Source of the DNA: an uncultured Dehalococcoidia bacterium
GTDB lineage: Bacteria > Chloroflexota > Dehalococcoidia > Lucifugimonadales > UBA3495
Direction: 5' to 3'
Length of the DNA stretch: 64,000 bases
NCBI GenBank assembly: GCA_958296225.1
Contig: OY282456.1
Coordinates: 3,750,523-3,814,522 of the forward strand
Position 1 is the first letter of the stretch, and every line of letters begins with the position of its first letter. A program made the position numbers and the translations under genes. The notes under the pieces are model-generated. The model was not told the DNA's origin. It was given only the letters and a program-made list of their open reading frames with translations, and searched no databases. This document shows positions 1 through 8,681 of the stretch, in pieces.

Positions 1-133
1 CGCTATTTTTGACCGCCTGCGGGGGCGACGCGCCGGCTCTCTCTCCACCGGACTCGTCCGCCCCCGCAGGTACGGCCCTGCCGACCAATTTTATTGATAC
101 CGGCAATCAAAACCAGGCCACCGGAGCTAACCG

Positions 134-361
134 ATGAACACCATTGCAGCCCATCGCGCCATCTTTGCCAACTTCCCCGCGCGGCGGCTGGCCGCGGTCA
201 ACGCCGCCCTGCTGCTGGCCACCGCGCTATTTTTGACCGCCTGCGGGGGCAACGTGCCGGCTCTCCCTCCGCCGGACTCGTCCGCCCCCGCAGGTACGGC
301 CCTGCCGACCAATTTTATTAATACCGGCAATCAAAACCAGGCCACCGGAGCTAACCGATGA
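134..361 (+). pseudogene. Truncated duplicate of the ZnuA-like gene 5' end (75-codon ORF: signal peptide plus short tail)
   Basis: The translation MNTIAAHRAIFANFPARRLAAVNAALLLATALFLTACGG... is almost identical to the N-terminus of the 772-aa gene. Its TGA overlaps the next ATG (ATGA). Confidence 0.55.
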
Positions 362-585
362 ACACCATTGCAGCCCATCGCCCCATCTTTGCCAACTTCC
401 CCGTGCGGCGGCTGGCCGCGGCTAACGCCGCCCTGCTGCTGGCCGCCGCGCTATTTTTGACCGCCTGCGGGGGCGACGCGCCGGCTCTCCCTCCGCCGGA
501 CTCGTCCGCCCCCGCAGGTACGGCCCTGCCGACCGATTTTATTAATACCGGCAATCAAAACCAGACCACAGGAGCTAACCGATGA
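358..585 (+). pseudogene. Second truncated duplicate of the ZnuA-like gene 5' end (75-codon ORF)
   Basis: It has the same signal peptide and LTAC lipobox as 134..361 and 582..2900. Its stop overlaps the ATG at 582. Confidence 0.55.
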
Positions 586-2900
586 ACACCATTGCAACCC
601 ATCGCGCCATCTTTGCCAACTTCCCCGTGCGGCGGCTGGCCGCGGTCAACGCCGCCCTGCTGCTGGCCGCCGCGCTATTTTTGACCGCCTGCGGGGGCGA
701 CGCGCCGGCTCTCCCTCCGCCGGACTCGTCCGCCCCCGCAGGTACGGCCCCGGCGGCCCCCGCAAGTACGGCCCCGGCGGCCCCGGCGGCCCCCGCAGGT
801 ACAGCCCCGGCGGCCCCCGCAGGTGCGGCCCCGGCGGCCCAACCGGATAGCGAACCCATCGCCGTCGTCGCCGGCAACCCCGTCCTGGCCGACTTGGCGC
901 AGCAGGTCGGCGGCAGCCGCGTCTCAATCCACAACCTGGTGCCAATCGGCAGCGACGCGCACACCTGGCAGAGCACACCCCAGGACAGCGTGCGCATCGC
1001 CCAGGCCGATGTCATTGTCAGCAACGGCGCCGGCCTGTCCGGGCAGGTTGAGGAGCTGATTGAAAACGCCTCCGCTGCCAACTTTGTTCACGTGGTGGCG
1101 TCCGACGGACTGGAACCGCAAGAACTGGTGGAACTGCCCTTCCCGGACGACGACCATGAGGATGACCATGACGACGCAGAACCGGCCGCAGCCCATGGCC
1201 GGCTGCTGGTCGGCGACGGCGAAAGCTCCGCCCTGTCAATAATTGACCTGGAATCCGGCGCGGTACGGCAGGACGCCTTTGACCTCGGCGCCCGCGCCGG
1301 CCGCATCTACCCCAGCCCCAGCGGACGCTACGCCATCGCCGTATCATCCGACGCCAATACCGCCCACGTCTTTGACGGCGGCATCTACCAGGAAGAACAC
1401 GGCGACCATTTCGATACGGTGGAGACCGACTTGCGCCGGTTGGATGTTGACCTGGGCGGCGACCGCCCGGTTCATCTGTACTTCGGCAATGAGTGGGGCA
1501 CCATCTTTTACGACGGCTCCGGCGATGTGCTGCTGCTCAACGAGCATGACCTGGAGCGCGACGGCAGCGCCTACGCGCCGGCCGGATTCAACGTCGGCCC
1601 GCATCACGGTGCGGCGGTTCCCCTGGAGAACAATCTTTTCGCCACCAGCATCAAACACCCCGATTTTCCCGATGACCCGGACGCGCGGCTGCCCATCGGC
1701 GCCGAGATTCGGAATCTGGCCGGCAGTGTACTGTACCGGGCCGAGGGCTGCGACCGCCTGCACGGCGACAGCGGCAACGGCCATATCGCCGTATTCGGCT
1801 GCGCCGGCGGCGCCCTCGCGGTGGAGGCCCATGACGGCGAGTTTGAGCATCGGTTCATCCCCGCTCCCGCCGGCGCAGCCGATGATTTCCGGCTGACATC
1901 CGTGTGGGGTTATCACGGGCTGGACCATTTCTTCGCCCTGGGTTCCGCCGTGGGCCTCTATCTGGTCGAGCCCGAGGCCGGGGAGATGGAACTGCTAATC
2001 CCCGCTACCGACGCCTTGCGCCCGATACAGGCCGCCTTCAGTTACAATGGCCAGCATCTGCTGGTGGTAATGAGCGACGGCGAACTGCGGATGTACGATG
2101 CCCACGACGCCGACCTCTTGGCGTCGGCAAAGGGTTTCCTCTCTACCGATATTGATACCGGATTCTGGGCACGGCCTCATATCGCTACTGCGCCCGGCCG
2201 TATCTACGTCACCGACTCCGTCGCCGGCTCGGTCATCGCCCTGGACGACCACGACCTGGAGGTGGTTCAGAGTTGGGCGGTAGCCGGCAAGCCGACTAAA
2301 ATCGCTTTCGTCGGCATCCTGAGCGCGGGCGACCGCCCGGCGGAAGGCCACGACGATGCTCACGACCACGACGACGATGACCATGGTCACACCGCCGGCG
2401 ACCCCCACTTCTGGCTCAATCCCCGCCTGGCAGTCCACTACGTGAACCGGATTGCCAACGGTTTCGTGGCCGCTGACCCGGATAACGCCGGCCTCTATCT
2501 GGATAACGCCGCCGCCTACATCGCCGAGCTTGAAGCGCTCGATGCCTACATTGCTGACGTATTGGCTGCCATCCCCGCCGAACGCCGCGTGCTGGTAACT
2601 TTCCACGACGCCTATGGCTACTTCGCCGCCCGCTACGACCTGGCGGTGCTGGCTTTCGTCCCCGGCCATGGCGGCGACGTCTCTCCCGGCGACATCGTGC
2701 GGGTCATGGAACTGGTCAGCGACAGGGGCCTGCCCGCCGTCTTCGCCGAACCCCAATTCTCCGCCGACGCCCTGGAACAGGTCGCCCGCGATACCGGCAT
2801 CCGGGTCGGCATCATCCACTCCCTGCCCGACGCCGCCCACCCTGACTACATCGCTATGATGCGCGCCAACGCCGACGCCCTGGCCGAACTCCTGCCTTAA
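582..2900 (+). CDS. ZnuA/TroA-family metal ABC transporter substrate-binding lipoprotein with a large internal beta-propeller-like insertion
   Basis: The ORF is 772 aa. It starts with a lipoprotein signal (LFLTAC lipobox) and a Pro/Ala-rich linker. The N-lobe (AVVAGNPVLADLAQQVGG...GSDAHTWQSTPQD...IVSNGAGL) and C-lobe (DPHFWLNP...VTFHDAYGYFAARY...FAEPQFS) are typical of ZnuA-like proteins. A ~390-aa insert separates the lobes and is bracketed by His/Asp tracts. Confidence 0.85.
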   Translation: MNTIATHRAIFANFPVRRLAAVNAALLLAAALFLTACGGDAPALPPPDSSAPAGTAPAAPASTAPAAPAAPAGTAPAAPAGAAPAAQPDSEPIAVVAGNPVLADLAQQVGGSRVSIHNLVPIGSDAHTWQSTPQDSVRIAQADVIVSNGAGLSGQVEELIENASAANFVHVVASDGLEPQELVELPFPDDDHEDDHDDAEPAAAHGRLLVGDGESSALSIIDLESGAVRQDAFDLGARAGRIYPSPSGRYAIAVSSDANTAHVFDGGIYQEEHGDHFDTVETDLRRLDVDLGGDRPVHLYFGNEWGTIFYDGSGDVLLLNEHDLERDGSAYAPAGFNVGPHHGAAVPLENNLFATSIKHPDFPDDPDARLPIGAEIRNLAGSVLYRAEGCDRLHGDSGNGHIAVFGCAGGALAVEAHDGEFEHRFIPAPAGAADDFRLTSVWGYHGLDHFFALGSAVGLYLVEPEAGEMELLIPATDALRPIQAAFSYNGQHLLVVMSDGELRMYDAHDADLLASAKGFLSTDIDTGFWARPHIATAPGRIYVTDSVAGSVIALDDHDLEVVQSWAVAGKPTKIAFVGILSAGDRPAEGHDDAHDHDDDDHGHTAGDPHFWLNPRLAVHYVNRIANGFVAADPDNAGLYLDNAAAYIAELEALDAYIADVLAAIPAERRVLVTFHDAYGYFAARYDLAVLAFVPGHGGDVSPGDIVRVMELVSDRGLPAVFAEPQFSADALEQVARDTGIRVGIIHSLPDAAHPDYIAMMRANADALAELLP

Positions 2901-2945
2901 GACGCCCCGGCCCGGCCAGCAGGCATACCCCCACCGGAGCAACCC

Positions 2946-3818
2946 TTGCTTGACCTGATTATCGAACCTATGCAGTTCGGCTTTATGCAGCGCGCCCTGC
3001 TGGTATCCGCGCTGGCGGCCATCGCCTGCGGCGTGGTGGGCACTTTCGTCGTCCTGCGCGGCATGGCCTTCCTCGGCGACGCCATCGCTCACTCGGCGTT
3101 GACCGGCATGGCGGCAGCCTTCCTGTTGGGGGTCAACGTGTTCCTCGGAGCGCTCATCTGGGCGGTGCCGGCGTCGCTCACCATATCCGCCATATCCCGC
3201 CGGGCCGGTGTTCGCATTGATGCCGTAATCGGGGTGATGTTCGCCGGCGGATTCGCGGTGGGCATCATCCTCATCAACACATCGGAAAACTACGCCGGGG
3301 ATTTGCTCGGCGTCCTCTTCGGCAACGTCCTGGGCGCGTCCTGGGGCGACGTGCTGGCCGTGGCGCTGCTGGCCGGCGGCGTCCTCCTGGTGGTGCGCCT
3401 CTTCTACAAAGAGCTGGTATTCACCACCTACGACGCCGACGTAGCCCAGGCGTCGGGGGTGCCGGCGCGTTTCCTCGCATACCTGCTGCCCCTACTAGTT
3501 GCCCTGACCACCGTAGCGGCCCTCAAAACCGTAGGCAACGTGATGGTAATGTCGCTGCTGGTAGTGCCCGCCGTAACGGGCGCGCTGCTGGCGCGCCGTT
3601 TGGCCAGCATCATGGCCGCCACGGTGGCGGTGGCCCTGGTTGCCATCGTGGCGGGGCTGTACTTGTCCTTCCACCTGAACCTGCCCACCGGCCCGGCCAT
3701 CGTAGTCGTATCCGTCGGCCTCCTTCTGATAGCGGTCGCCCTGTCCCCGCGCCGCTGGACGTTCCTGACCCGCCGCCGCCAACCACCGGCGACCACGAAA
3801 CCCGACGCAATCCGCTGA
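2946..3818 (+). CDS. Metal ABC transporter permease (ZnuB/MntB-like, ABC-3 family)
   Basis: The 290-aa product is multi-pass hydrophobic. EPMQFGFMQRALL...LRGMAFLGDAIAHSALTG is typical of ZnuB-type permeases. A TTG start follows a GGAG, and the gene lies directly downstream of the binding-protein gene. Confidence 0.85.
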   Translation: MLDLIIEPMQFGFMQRALLVSALAAIACGVVGTFVVLRGMAFLGDAIAHSALTGMAAAFLLGVNVFLGALIWAVPASLTISAISRRAGVRIDAVIGVMFAGGFAVGIILINTSENYAGDLLGVLFGNVLGASWGDVLAVALLAGGVLLVVRLFYKELVFTTYDADVAQASGVPARFLAYLLPLLVALTTVAALKTVGNVMVMSLLVVPAVTGALLARRLASIMAATVAVALVAIVAGLYLSFHLNLPTGPAIVVVSVGLLLIAVALSPRRWTFLTRRRQPPATTKPDAIR

Positions 3819-3819
3819 C

Positions 3820-4302
3820 CCGGAACGCCGTCACCCGCTGCAATTACAACCGGATGATGCAGTTGGCAAGCGCAATCCTGGTCCTCGACCACCTGGCGGC
3901 AGTGGCGAACCGCCCCCCGGCACCCTGGCGCTAACCTCCGACATCTGGCGGTTCAAGCCGGACGACGCCGGGCGCACCGAGGGCATCATATCGGCGCCGG
4001 CGGTTGCCGGGGACGGCTACTATGTTGGCGATTTGCAGGGCAACCTGTACGCCGGAGACGCGCTGAACGGCGAATTGCGCTGGACTTTCGCGGCGGAGGA
4101 CGGCATCGTGGCGTCGCCGGTGACGGTAGGGCGTTTGCCGATATTCGGCGACAAAGCCGGACGGCTATACGGGTTGAACCGGGCCGACGGGTCGGAACAG
4201 TGGCGTTTGCGGCTGCCGGCAGGCGTCCGCACGGAGCCGATTTACGCTGATGGGCGGCTGTTGGTACGAACCGAGGACGGGGAACTGCACGCTATTGAGT
4301 AG
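3820..4302 (+). pseudogene. Start-less C-terminal remnant of a PQQ-like (BamB-type) beta-propeller repeat protein
   Basis: The frame is open from 3769 but has no ATG or GTG before the TTG at 4033. The translation ...DIWRFKPDDAGRTEGIISAPAVAGDGYYVGDLQGNLYAGDALNGELRWTF...GRLYGLNRADGSEQWRL...DGELHAIE shows about three PQQ-type blades only. Confidence 0.6.
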
Positions 4303-4894
4303 GCGGGGGTTCAGGATTTTCCGGGAGGGGCATATTGTCCGGGTTGATACCGTGCTCTGCCAGGTACTCCCGCGCCGCCAACCTTCCCCTTTCTTGCGCT
4401 TCCGCGATTATTTGGGCTCTCCGTTCCGGCTCCATTTGAATGTCGAGGCCCAGCCGCTCCAACCGCTCACGGATTAGGTCTTTCATTTCCTCACGACCCA
4501 ATTCTCGAATTTCCTCACGCACTTCTTCTCGAACTTCCTTACGGATTTCCTCCCGAACTTCCTCACGACGGATTTCCTCCCGAACTTCCTCACGCATTCT
4601 CTCTAATCGGAGTTCCGTGCGAGCGCGGCGGGTTCTCAGGCGTTCAATGCCTTCCATAAGCAGTACCATAATCCAGGTTCCTCCCATAGTAGTCAGGTAA
4701 GCCAGGACTACGGCGAAAAGCGGCCCGCCGCCGATTTCACCCAGGCGCGTCAGCCGGTTAGCGGTGATCTGGGCCAGCTGCTGTACCGCTGAACCGGCGG
4801 GCGCCAGCGCCTCGACCAGCAGGATGGCAAGCCCAACGCCGGCCGATACGTAGATGGCGATGGTCGCCCAGCGTTCAATCTGACGCCACTGCAT
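4292..4894 (-). CDS. Hypothetical membrane protein with a charged REEVREEIR-repeat tail
   Basis: I set the start at MQWRQIERW (4894), because the longer ORF would overlap the SDR gene. Three hydrophobic segments are followed by REEVREEIRREEVREEIRKEVREEVREEIRE, a coiled-coil-like stretch encoded by tandem DNA repeats near 4494-4600. Confidence 0.55.
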   Translation of the reverse strand: MQWRQIERWATIAIYVSAGVGLAILLVEALAPAGSAVQQLAQITANRLTRLGEIGGGPLFAVVLAYLTTMGGTWIMVLLMEGIERLRTRRARTELRLERMREEVREEIRREEVREEIRKEVREEVREEIRELGREEMKDLIRERLERLGLDIQMEPERRAQIIAEAQERGRLAAREYLAEHGINPDNMPLPENPEPPPTQ

Positions 4895-4979
4895 AGGCAC
4901 ATTATAGCATCGGGCTGTCACCGGAACGGCGCGGCGGCTGGCGCGCTGCAATCCGGGTTTCAGGCCATAGCCGCCGCCT

Positions 4980-5762
4980 TCACTGCGCCGTATAACCCCC
5001 GTCAATCACCAACTCGCTGCCCGTCATAAACGACGCCTCATCCGAGGCCAGGAACAGCACGCCGTTGGCAATATCGTCCACCGTGCCGATGCGTCCGATA
5101 GGCGTGGCGTCAATACGCCGCTGCCGCTGCTCCGGGTCGGCCATCGTCCGCGCCGTCATCGCCGTGTCGATAAATCCGGGATGCACCGAGTTGCAGCGGA
5201 TGTTCTCCCCGGCGTACTGCACGGCGGTAGCTTTGGTGAGCAGACGCACCGCGCCCTTGGAACTGGCGTAAGCCGAGCCGGCCCCGGAGCCGGGGCCCAG
5301 GCCCACCAAGCCGGCGATGGACGATATGTTGACGATGGAGCCACCGCCGGCGGTACGCATAGCCGGAATGGCGGCGCGGCTGCCCAGGAACACGCCCTTG
5401 CCGTTCACGTCCATAATCTGGTCCCAAACCTCCGCCGGCGCCTCGTGGATGCGCGGCGCGTTCACGCCGCCGATGTTGGTGCTGCCGATGCCAGCGTTGT
5501 TCACTAATATATCCAGCTTCCCGTAGCGATTGACTGCCTCGGTAACCGCGTCCGCCCACTGGTCGGCGTCGGTCACGTCCAGGTGGACAAACGTGGCCTG
5601 CCCGCCCAGCTCGCGAATTTCCGCCTCCAGCTGCATCCCCTCATCATCCAGAATGTCGCCGATGACTACGGCGGCTCCCTCCTGCACAAACAGCCGGGCC
5701 TCGGCGGCCCCCTGCCCCCGCGCCCCGCCGCTGATGAGCGCTACTTTCCCTGCCAGTCGCAT
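4980..5762 (-). CDS. SDR-family NAD(P)-dependent oxidoreductase
   Basis: The 260-aa product has a GKVALISGGARGQG dinucleotide motif, NNAGI, and a catalytic S...YASSKGAV (YxxxK). Confidence 0.93.
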   Translation of the reverse strand: MRLAGKVALISGGARGQGAAEARLFVQEGAAVVIGDILDDEGMQLEAEIRELGGQATFVHLDVTDADQWADAVTEAVNRYGKLDILVNNAGIGSTNIGGVNAPRIHEAPAEVWDQIMDVNGKGVFLGSRAAIPAMRTAGGGSIVNISSIAGLVGLGPGSGAGSAYASSKGAVRLLTKATAVQYAGENIRCNSVHPGFIDTAMTARTMADPEQRQRRIDATPIGRIGTVDDIANGVLFLASDEASFMTGSELVIDGGYTAQ

Positions 5763-5832
5763 GATGAACCTCCCGATTCAGTACGGATACGCGGCCATAG
5801 TAGCGCATCAGCGGCGGGATTGCGATGCTGGG

Positions 5833-6474
5833 CTACCGCCGCCGCACATGGCCGGTGATTTCGCCGGCCAAGGCGGCAATGCTGCGGCGGCGCACGGTGA
5901 TAACCCGGCGGTCGCCCTTGCCGTCAAAATGCGCCGAAACCCGGTGGTCCAGGGGAGTGCTTTGCCAGATGACGATGATTTCAGCCCAATTGCGGTCGGG
6001 ACGATAGTAGCGGTCATCCCGCGCCACCTTGCCGTCAACAAAGCGCCACTCTACGCACGGCGGGGATTTTTCCCTGATTTCACGCTCTTTCCTTTCCGTG
6101 CCGCCAACGACAAGGATGCGACTGCGGCCAGCCGCCGCCAGCGCCGCGCTCATTTCGTCCAGAGAACGGGCGCTGGGCTTGCCACCGCAAATATCACACT
6201 CCGATTGCTTCACTACCAGCAGCGGCGGCAAGTCGCCATAGCCATCCGCATCCTTATTAGCCGCCTGCCGGCAGTCTCCATTGTTGCAGTGCCAGAGAAA
6301 GGCCGCGGTTAGAACCTCACGGGCGAGGCAGCTTTTGGAACCGGCGATGTTGGCGCGGTGGGGACTGCGTTGGATTACCCCCCATTCAAAGAGTGCGTTG
6401 CGGGCGTTTGGGTATTCATTATAGGCAATGCCAAAGTCCATTAGCATATTGTCAATTGGAATGTCGGTCATCAA
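5833..6474 (-). CDS. Hypothetical Cys-rich protein
   Basis: The 213-aa ORF lies upstream of the SDR gene on the same strand. Motifs include CNNGDC and CDICGG. The C-terminal RILVVGG...IIVIWQSTPLDHRV only loosely resembles DUF2325-type domains. I recognise no confident family. Confidence 0.5.
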   Translation of the reverse strand: MMTDIPIDNMLMDFGIAYNEYPNARNALFEWGVIQRSPHRANIAGSKSCLAREVLTAAFLWHCNNGDCRQAANKDADGYGDLPPLLVVKQSECDICGGKPSARSLDEMSAALAAAGRSRILVVGGTERKEREIREKSPPCVEWRFVDGKVARDDRYYRPDRNWAEIIVIWQSTPLDHRVSAHFDGKGDRRVITVRRRSIAALAGEITGHVRRR

Positions 6475-6632
6475 GCCTCCTCTCCGGCAGCCGGTGGCAG
6501 GGGCCGGCTTTACAGCCGGCCCTTATTACCATAACAGCATTCCGCGCCTCTACCGCAACTGCGCCCGTCCGCCGGCGGCGGGCCCGGGCTGCCCCGGCGC
6601 TTACGCCGGACTGCCGGCAACGCAACGCCGCC

Positions 6633-7685
6633 TTACCCGTCCAGCGTCGTCGTCAAAACCCACATGGGCCGCTCTCCGACGGCGTAGGTGTCCAGCGGCG
6701 TCAACTCCCCGGTATCCCCGTTGATACGGTACGACGCCAGCTGCCCGGTGGCGGAACCGGCGGCGAACACGAACCGGCCCGCCGGGTCCAGGCTGAACGC
6801 GCTGGGCACGGCTTCGGTGGCCGCGTGGCCTGCCGGAGTCAGCCGGCCTTCAGCGTCCACCGCGAAACCGGCGATGCTGTTGTGCCCCCGGTTCGGCACG
6901 AACAGAAAATCCCCGGACGGCGAGAGCTGAATCTGCGAGCAGGTGTTCCGCTCCGTAACCCCGTCCGGCAGCGTTGACGCAGTCTGCATCGCCGTCAGAC
7001 GGCCGCCTTCGTCTATCTGGTACGCGGACACGCTGCAACCCTGTTCGTTGGAGAAATACACCACGTCCAGCGTGGGATGAAAACAGAAGTGGCGCGGCCC
7101 CAGGTCGCCATCCTGCGCTACTTCCAGCGGCGAGTTGGGAGTCAGTGCGCCGGTGTCCGCGTCAAACCGGAACTGGTAAATGAAATTGGGGCCGGGATTA
7201 TTCCGGGGCGGTTCCAGCACGTTGTCATTCAGCCGGGCGATGTGGGGTACGTAGGCGAACCGGTTGGAGCGGTCGGTCTGCATGGCGTGGGCGCCTACCG
7301 CCGTATCCACCACCGCCGTCGGCGCGCCGCCCACGCTCCCGTCGTCGCCCAGCGGATGCACCGCGGCCTGGCCGCCGGCGTAGTACGACGACAGCAGGAA
7401 CCGGCCGGTGCGGTCAGCAGCCAGAAAAGCCGGCTGCCCCGGCGGCGTTACCGACCCGGTTTGCGTCAGCCCGCCGGTCTGCTGGTCAATGCGATGGCTG
7501 GTTATCTCCGGAACCTCGCGATGCCCGGCGTACAGCGTCTGCCGGTCGGGGCTGATTGCCAGCAGCGAAGGCCCGCCCGCAACGGGCTCTTCCCCCGCCG
7601 GCGTCAGCGCCCCGCTCGCTTCGTCCATTGTGAAAATTGATACCTTGTTGTCATCCTGCGCGGCAACGTACACATAGCTTGCCAT
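6633..7685 (-). CDS. Lactonase, 7-bladed beta-propeller family (6-phosphogluconolactonase-like)
   Basis: I set the start at MASYVYVAAQDD (7685), preceded by caGGAGGtgataaaa. The repeat pattern and the C-terminal YAVGERPMWVL resemble YbhE/Pgl-type lactonases. Confidence 0.85.
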   Translation of the reverse strand: MASYVYVAAQDDNKVSIFTMDEASGALTPAGEEPVAGGPSLLAISPDRQTLYAGHREVPEITSHRIDQQTGGLTQTGSVTPPGQPAFLAADRTGRFLLSSYYAGGQAAVHPLGDDGSVGGAPTAVVDTAVGAHAMQTDRSNRFAYVPHIARLNDNVLEPPRNNPGPNFIYQFRFDADTGALTPNSPLEVAQDGDLGPRHFCFHPTLDVVYFSNEQGCSVSAYQIDEGGRLTAMQTASTLPDGVTERNTCSQIQLSPSGDFLFVPNRGHNSIAGFAVDAEGRLTPAGHAATEAVPSAFSLDPAGRFVFAAGSATGQLASYRINGDTGELTPLDTYAVGERPMWVLTTTLDG

Positions 7686-7737
7686 TTTTATCACCTCCTG
7701 CCTGTCCAATACCCATTCGCTGGCCGGCTGCGCGGTA

Positions 7738-7760
7738 GGGGCGGGTTTGAAGCCCGTCCC
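7738..7760. repeat. REP-like GC hairpin GGGGCGGG-TTTGAAG-CCCGTCCC; likely terminator
   Basis: It has an 8-bp stem. It belongs to the same family as the hairpin at 11349-11373 and sits at the 3' end of the LLM gene. Confidence 0.6.
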
Positions 7761-7762
7761 TG

Positions 7763-8614
7763 CTACCTAACTAGCTCCGCGGCCATCTTTTCCAGTTGTT
7801 CGCCCATCTCCGCCTCGGTATCGCAATGCGTGGGCCACACCGACACCCTTACGGCTCCGGCGTTCAGAAAGTCGGCCACCTGCTGCCTGGTCGTTTCCGG
7901 CGGCTGCCCGAACACCGAAATGGTCAAGGATTCCGGGTCCCGGCCCCGTTCGTCCGCCAGCGCGTCCAGGATTTTGCGGCTTTCCTCAACCTGGCCCGGC
8001 GTCGTCCGTGTCGGCAGCCACCCGTCGCCCCAGCGAACCACCCGCTGCAGCACATTGCGCGCGTTGCCGCCCAGCAGTATCGGCGGGTGCGGCTCCTGCG
8101 CCGGCTTGGGGTACATATAAACCGGCGGGAAGTCATAATACCGTCCGTGGTACTCCGCCTCGTCCTTCGTCCACAGCTCTTTGAGGGCGGCCACCGCTTC
8201 CCGCGTCTGCGTCCACCTATGGTCGAAATCGCCGCCCATCATGGTGGTTTCTTCCCGGTTCCAGCCGGCGCCGATGCCAAAGACGAACCGCCCGTTGCTG
8301 TGCCGGTCCAGCACCGCAATCTGCTTGGCCAGAATCAGCGGATTCCGCTCCGGCACCAGGGTAATCCCGGTGCACAGCTTGATAGTGCTGGTAACGGCGG
8401 ACGCCATCGCCAGGGCCATATACGGCTCGGAAAAGTGCCGGTAAGTCCAGGGAATCTCCCCGCCCGTGGCCGGAAACGGGCTTGCGCTGTTCACCGGCAA
8501 TATCGGATGCTCGTGATACCAGATTGACTCGAACCCCAGCTCCTCGGCCTTTTTAGCGATGAACGCCGGGTCCAGCGTGTACGCCGGCAGAGGTACAACT
8601 ACACCAACAGACAT
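7763..8614 (-). CDS. LLM-class (luciferase-like) flavin/F420-dependent oxidoreductase
   Basis: I set the start at MSVGVVVPLPAY (8614), preceded by GGAGGAGAAAG. Supporting motifs are AKKAEELGFESIWYHEHP, GRFVFGIGAGWNREE and PPILLGG. Confidence 0.9.
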   Translation of the reverse strand: MSVGVVVPLPAYTLDPAFIAKKAEELGFESIWYHEHPILPVNSASPFPATGGEIPWTYRHFSEPYMALAMASAVTSTIKLCTGITLVPERNPLILAKQIAVLDRHSNGRFVFGIGAGWNREETTMMGGDFDHRWTQTREAVAALKELWTKDEAEYHGRYYDFPPVYMYPKPAQEPHPPILLGGNARNVLQRVVRWGDGWLPTRTTPGQVEESRKILDALADERGRDPESLTISVFGQPPETTRQQVADFLNAGAVRVSVWPTHCDTEAEMGEQLEKMAAELVR

Positions 8615-8681
8615 CTTTCTCCTCCATTTCCATATCCGCTGTCGTTCCGGCGACCGCCGGAATTCGGATTCGTTTCTCCGG

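Larger units (their letters stand above)
1..750 (+). repeat. Tandem array of a 224-bp unit: partial copy 1-133, full copies 134-357 and 358-581, and a fourth copy from 582 to ~750 that runs on into the intact gene
   Basis: ATG at 134, 358 and 582 gives an exact 224-nt period. The units are near-identical, with only a few substitutions. Each unit carries the AT-rich upstream segment, a GGAG RBS and the lipoprotein signal-coding 5' end. Homology in the last copy ends after ggtacggccc (~750). Confidence 0.9.

Noticed and set aside
1-750. A CRISPR-like regular repeat
   Set aside because: The units abut directly with no unique spacers, and they encode a gene 5' end. This is a tandem duplication, not a CRISPR array. 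The same reasoning applies to the short coding repeats at 4494-4600 and 10230-10265.
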